This document shows, in pieces, positions 60,862 through 64,000 of a DNA stretch of 64,000 nt. The DNA is from an uncultured Anaerolineaceae bacterium (lineage in GTDB: Bacteria; Chloroflexota; Anaerolineae; Anaerolineales; E44-bin32): NCBI GenBank assembly GCA_964492745.1, contig CAZBLT010000012.1, positions 5,162-69,161 of the forward strand. The letters run 5' to 3'. Both the position numbers and the translations under genes were made by a program. Position 1 is the first letter of the stretch, and the number at the start of each line of letters is the position of its first letter. The notes beneath the pieces were generated by a model, which saw only the letters and a list, made by a program, of their open reading frames with translations, was not told where the DNA came from and ran no database searches.

Positions 60862-62078
60862 GACCCTTCGCACGCCTCAACCGCCTGTTTTCGCGTTTGC
60901 CTGTCCATCTCTCGCTTGGGGTACTCGTGCTGCTGTGGATTGTCCCCACTCTGGGGGTCTTCGTGACCTCCTTCCGGTCCCGAGAGGCAGTGCGCACTAC
61001 GGGTTGGTGGACGGTCTTTCTTCCACAGGAGGTGGAGGGGAAGGTCGAATATGCCACGTATTGCGAAGGCTGCCATGGGGCGGACGGCGCAGGCGTACCG
61101 GCCGCCGATCTGAGCGATCCGGCGGTGGTGAAGAAGTTCCCGCGTTCCAACCGTTTATTGGCAGTATTGCGCCGTCCTCTGGAGAGTGGAGAGTTGCATG
61201 TGCAAGAGCCAGGGCTGCCTGAGGATCCAAACAAGGCGCTGGAGACTCTGGCGCCCATCTTGGGCTATATGCAAGTGCTCTCTGGCATCGAGGAGAGAAC
61301 TGCTGGCCGTCTGACACTGCGGAACTATGCCGATGCTCTGGTCGGCTACAAAGGCACGCAGGATTACCTAACCGATTGTGAGCAGGGAGTGGCCAGTGCG
61401 CTGGCGAAGTTCAATTGCGATGCTAGCGACCTGCTACGGCCCGAAGGTATGGGCCGGGCCTTCCTAAACACGGTGGCTGTGGCGATTCCATCGGCGCTGC
61501 TTCCGATTCTAATCGCCGGCTTCGGTGCCTATGCCTTCGCCTGGATGGATTTCCCAGCGCGCCAATGGCTCTTTGCCATCCTTGTAGGCCTGCAAATCAT
61601 CCCGCTGCAATTGGCATTGGTGCCCATCGCACGCATGTACACTTCCGTGGGCCTGCAATCCACATTCTTGGGAATCTGGTTGTTCCATACAGGGTTTGGC
61701 CTTCCCTATGCCATCTATCTGATGCGCAACTTCCTTGGCGGGCTCCCGCGCGAGATCTTTGAATCGGTCTATATCGATGGAGCCAACCATTGGACAGCGT
61801 TCTGGCGATTGGCGATTCCACTTTCCGTCCCGGCGATCGCCTCCCTAGGAATCTTTCAATTCTTGTGGATTTGGAACGACTTCCTGGTGGCGAAGATCTT
61901 CCTATCCAGCCACCCTGTGCTGACGGTTCAGATCACCAATCTCATTGATCCGCGAGGGGCCAACTGGCATATTTTGACGGGCGCAGCTTTCTTGTCGTTC
62001 ATTGTTCCCATGGCAGTCTTCTTCGGCCTGCAGCGCTTCTTTGTGCGCGGTTTGCTGGCCGGATCCGTCAAGGGCTAG
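60858..62078 (+). CDS. Carbohydrate ABC transporter permease (MalG-like) with a cytochrome c-like insertion in the first external loop
   Basis: The ATG overlaps the upstream stop (ATGA at 60858-60861). The EAA loop is ESVYIDGANHWTAFWRLAIP. The loop after TM1 is about 150 aa and contains YCEGCHGADGAG (CXXCH at 61062-61076). The upstream part of the 578-aa track ORF is out-of-frame overlap with the previous permease. Confidence 0.85.
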   Translation: MRPFARLNRLFSRLPVHLSLGVLVLLWIVPTLGVFVTSFRSREAVRTTGWWTVFLPQEVEGKVEYATYCEGCHGADGAGVPAADLSDPAVVKKFPRSNRLLAVLRRPLESGELHVQEPGLPEDPNKALETLAPILGYMQVLSGIEERTAGRLTLRNYADALVGYKGTQDYLTDCEQGVASALAKFNCDASDLLRPEGMGRAFLNTVAVAIPSALLPILIAGFGAYAFAWMDFPARQWLFAILVGLQIIPLQLALVPIARMYTSVGLQSTFLGIWLFHTGFGLPYAIYLMRNFLGGLPREIFESVYIDGANHWTAFWRLAIPLSVPAIASLGIFQFLWIWNDFLVAKIFLSSHPVLTVQITNLIDPRGANWHILTGAAFLSFIVPMAVFFGLQRFFVRGLLAGSVKG

Positions 62079-62100
62079 GTATGGCGCCGCCATAGACCAC

Positions 62101-62138
62101 AAGGCCGCGAGACGCCACTGCGGCCTTGATTTCCTTTT
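62101..62138 (+). terminator. Rho-independent terminator of the ABC operon
   Basis: AAGGCCGC-11 nt-GCGGCCTT followed by GATTTCCTTTT. It starts 23 nt after the permease stop. Confidence 0.6.
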
Positions 62139-62156
62139 AATGGAATTATAGGGGCT

Positions 62157-63326
62157 CTAGGGCACCGGCGTGACGGTCGCCAGGTAGTCCCCCTGCAACC
62201 AGCCCTCGAGGACCTCCCCGAAGCCGTTGATAAAGCGCACGTACCACCAGACAGAGCCATCGATCTTGGTGGGTCCTTTGAGCACCACGACCCGGTCACC
62301 CTCCTCCAGGAACCCTACGTGGGCGCCGAGGGGGTCGGGGGTGACACGCAGCACGGCGCCGATGCCGCCGGTGCGCAGCACCTCGGCTGGCTGCGGAGTG
62401 GCCGTGGGGGTTTGGGTCGGGGTGGACGTGATCGTGGGCGTGTGAGTGGGCGTTGCCGTGGGGGTCATGGTAGCCGTGTGTGTGGGCGTGGATGTAGCCG
62501 TGGGTGTAGGCGTGGCGGTGGGCGGGGGTGTAGGTGTGGGCAATGAAGCCAGCACAGAGGCCCCCAGTCCTGCAGCGCTGAGCACCGCCACGACGCCCAT
62601 TAACGCCACGGCGGCGGCTAGCGAGCCAGTGGCACCGGTGAGAGGGCGGAATCCCAGGCCGGCGAGCACACCCACACCCACGACTAGTGCCCAGGCCAGG
62701 TGCAATCCGAAGGTGAGCAGGGCACCTTCCCAGAGCTCGGGCTCGCCAACCAACAGACCGATGGCGGCCGCGCCCAAGGGCAATGCCAGTTCGTATGCCA
62801 CGGCCGCGCTGGGCAGCGGCGCTAGCACTTCATCGCGCACCAGCTTGTAGGCCAGGAACCCCGCCCCCACCATCACCATGCCGAAATCGAGCCAATTGAG
62901 CTTGGTATGGCCCAGGGCCAGCAGGTAGGGCGCATCCCCGGCCCCCAGCCCGCCGCTCAGGCCGGCGGTCACGCCCAGGAGCAGCATGGCGGCCAGGAAA
63001 GCGGCCGTCATGCGGCCGAAGAAGCGCGCCGAGCCGGAGACGGCCGAGAGCGCCAGGCCCATCAGCGGACCCATGCGCGGCGCCAGCAATGCGCCGGCGA
63101 CCAGCAAAGCCCGCTGGTCAAAGCGGAATCCTAGTCCGATCAATGCGCCGGCTAGGAGCGCGTAGAAGAACAACTCCACGCCGGGGGTTACGATCTTGGC
63201 CAGCTCTTCGAGAAAGGCCTCGCGTTCATCGGCCCGCAGCTGGGTGAGCATGCGCAGGGCACGCCGACGGCGGGCTCTGGAGGCCTGACCGAGGGGATCG
63301 AAGGGTTCGCTGGATTGCGCGCTCAT
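62157..63326 (-). CDS. DUF389-like membrane protein fused through a Pro/Thr linker to a C-terminal SH3b-like domain
   Basis: Start at MSAQSSEP (the ATG overlaps the upstream stop as ATGA at 63323-63326). ELFFYALLAGALIGLGFRFDQRALLVAGALLAPRMGPLMG is DUF389-like. Then the linker PTPTPPPTATPTPTATSTPTHT..., then the SH3b-like GAVLRVTPDPLGAHVGFLEEGDRVVVL...WWYV. Confidence 0.7.
   Translation of the reverse strand: MSAQSSEPFDPLGQASRARRRRALRMLTQLRADEREAFLEELAKIVTPGVELFFYALLAGALIGLGFRFDQRALLVAGALLAPRMGPLMGLALSAVSGSARFFGRMTAAFLAAMLLLGVTAGLSGGLGAGDAPYLLALGHTKLNWLDFGMVMVGAGFLAYKLVRDEVLAPLPSAAVAYELALPLGAAAIGLLVGEPELWEGALLTFGLHLAWALVVGVGVLAGLGFRPLTGATGSLAAAVALMGVVAVLSAAGLGASVLASLPTPTPPPTATPTPTATSTPTHTATMTPTATPTHTPTITSTPTQTPTATPQPAEVLRTGGIGAVLRVTPDPLGAHVGFLEEGDRVVVLKGPTKIDGSVWWYVRFINGFGEVLEGWLQGDYLATVTPVP
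62396..62543 (-). repeat. Low-complexity GTGGG(C/T)GT-type repeats encoding the Pro/Thr linker
   Basis: The plus strand shows reiterated GTGGGCGTG/GTAGGTGTG units. They are in frame within the CDS and translate to (T/P)-rich sequence. Confidence 0.8.
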
Positions 63327-63793
63327 CGTCGTAGAGTGGCCACCAATCGGAGCGGATTTTCGAGCAAGTCTAGCGCGGCGTGGATGTTTTCGACAACGAG
63401 ATCGGCCGCCTGCAAGGTCTCTACCGCCAGTCCCTCCTTCGAGAGCAGGGCGATGCCGATCGCCGCCTCCCGGAGCATGCCGGCGTCGTTGGCGCCCTGT
63501 CCGATGGCGACAACCTGGTCGGCGCCCAGGGCACGGACCTGCGCGGCCTTGGCCTCGGCTTCCCCGCCGCGCGAAATGAGGGTAGCCTGGATGCCCAGCC
63601 GGGTCTCGATCGCCTGGCGGGTGCGATGCGTGTCGGCAGTCAGCAGGTGGAGCTCCAACCGGTCGCGCAATGCTGCAAGCGCCCTGGCCACCCCGTCGAT
63701 CAGGCGTCCGTCCAGAGCGATGGTGCCATGCACATCGCAGACCAAGTGCCGCAACTGAATGGTGCCCCGGCCGGGTACGTTGAGCTCGATCAA
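63323..63793 (-). CDS. HAD-superfamily protein resembling the soluble P-type ATPase family (COG4087)
   Basis: (M)IELNVPGRGTIQLRHLVCDVHGTIALDG (motif I), LLTADT, K in AEAKAAQV, GQGANDAGML (motif IV). I prefer the TTG start at 63793, with GGAGGG 6 nt upstream. The track ORF extends to 63934. Confidence 0.7.
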   Translation of the reverse strand: MIELNVPGRGTIQLRHLVCDVHGTIALDGRLIDGVARALAALRDRLELHLLTADTHRTRQAIETRLGIQATLISRGGEAEAKAAQVRALGADQVVAIGQGANDAGMLREAAIGIALLSKEGLAVETLQAADLVVENIHAALDLLENPLRLVATLRR

Positions 63794-63817
63794 GGCTGCC
63801 CTCCACAGGTTGCCGGC

Positions 63818-63826
63818 ATTATAGCA
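63818..63826 (-). promoter_or_regulatory. Extended -10 element TGCTATAAT upstream of the HAD/DUF389 pair
   Basis: The reverse complement of ATTATAGCA at 63818-63826. It ends 24 nt before the proposed TTG start. Confidence 0.45.
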
Positions 63827-63981
63827 CCCGGGATTCGGCCGGACAAAAATAGCCGGGTCCCAGCCCTGGATTCGGCGTGACCTGATTGGATGGAGAAACC
63901 CTATGGAGGGAAGCCGATTCCTCGGGGAATCCATGCTCCTCCCCCAGCGATTGCGGGATCGCCTTCGGCCTGCAGCACTTA

Positions 63982-63990
63982 TGCTATAAT
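63982..63990 (+). promoter_or_regulatory. Extended -10 element TGCTATAAT facing the right window edge
   Basis: TGCTATAAT on the plus strand, 10 nt before the window end. The target gene lies outside the window. Confidence 0.35.
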
Positions 63991-64000
63991 CGCGGCGCAG

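Noticed and set aside
62145-62150. TATAAT on the minus strand just after the DUF389-SH3 stop.
   Set aside because: It points into the ABC operon terminator and antisense to the permease, with no downstream gene. It is likely a chance occurrence in the AT-rich terminator tail.
54239-63806. N-terminal extensions of track ORFs: 54239..55621, 60342..62078 and 62157..63806. The same applies to 1841..3145, 5928..6368, 13104..14552 and 20409..20924.
   Set aside because: The extensions overlap the upstream gene in another frame and are Arg/Pro-rich. Internal starts with an RBS or ATGA coupling give proteins that begin where the homologous families begin.

Overview
This is a high-GC bacterial chromosomal segment (about 60-65% GC by eye). 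The protein style points to a Chloroflexota-like aerobic heterotroph; this is an inference. It rests on Pro/Thr-rich linkers, lipoprotein signals, LTD/SH3b surface proteins, GatCAB and a Qcr-type bc complex.

I call about 63 protein genes and one tRNA-Arg(CCT). I saw no rRNA, CRISPR array, transposase, integrase or phage genes, so the window reads as core genome rather than an island.

Main blocks, in order:
- partial gdh
- a gatC-gatA...gatB cluster interrupted by a nucleotidyltransferase, a small ORF and an aminotransferase
- a GT4 glycosyltransferase
- a triple lamin-tail-domain surface protein and a NAGPA-like glycosidase
- a HutC/GntR-regulated Ula-type PTS (IIB, IIC, SIS, IIA)
- divergent respiratory operons: qcrABC (Rieske / cytochrome b / subunit IV fused to cytochrome c) and sdhCDAB
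- a REC-adenylate cyclase and tRNA-Arg
- transporters (SLC13 with TrkA-C domains, MFS, lactate permease)
- a 1120-aa APC-USP-USP-DUF389 fusion
- housekeeping genes: murJ, xseAB, cinA, rpoD, yceD, rdgB, trxB
- an orphan GAF histidine kinase
- zur-znuACB
- a LacI-controlled sugar ABC operon
- a COG4087 HAD protein coupled to a second DUF389 protein

Findings most worth a second look:
1. The ABC solute-binding gene is an in-frame tandem duplication. It contains an 872-nt base-perfect repeat next to a diverged segment.
2. The MalG-type permease of the same operon carries a cytochrome c-like CXXCH module in its external loop.
3. Two DUF389 membrane modules are each tied to a nucleotide or phosphoryl module (USP pair; soluble P-type-ATPase-like HAD).
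4. dre-like HutC operators flank the PTS regulator.
5. A perfect 24-bp LacI operator lies just downstream of a TTGACA-17-TACCAT promoter.
6. A TGCTATAAT extended -10 motif recurs and implies a leaderless gatC.
7. Two loci have ORFs broken by in-frame stop codons.

All functional calls come from my own recognition of motifs in the supplied translations. No database search was run.
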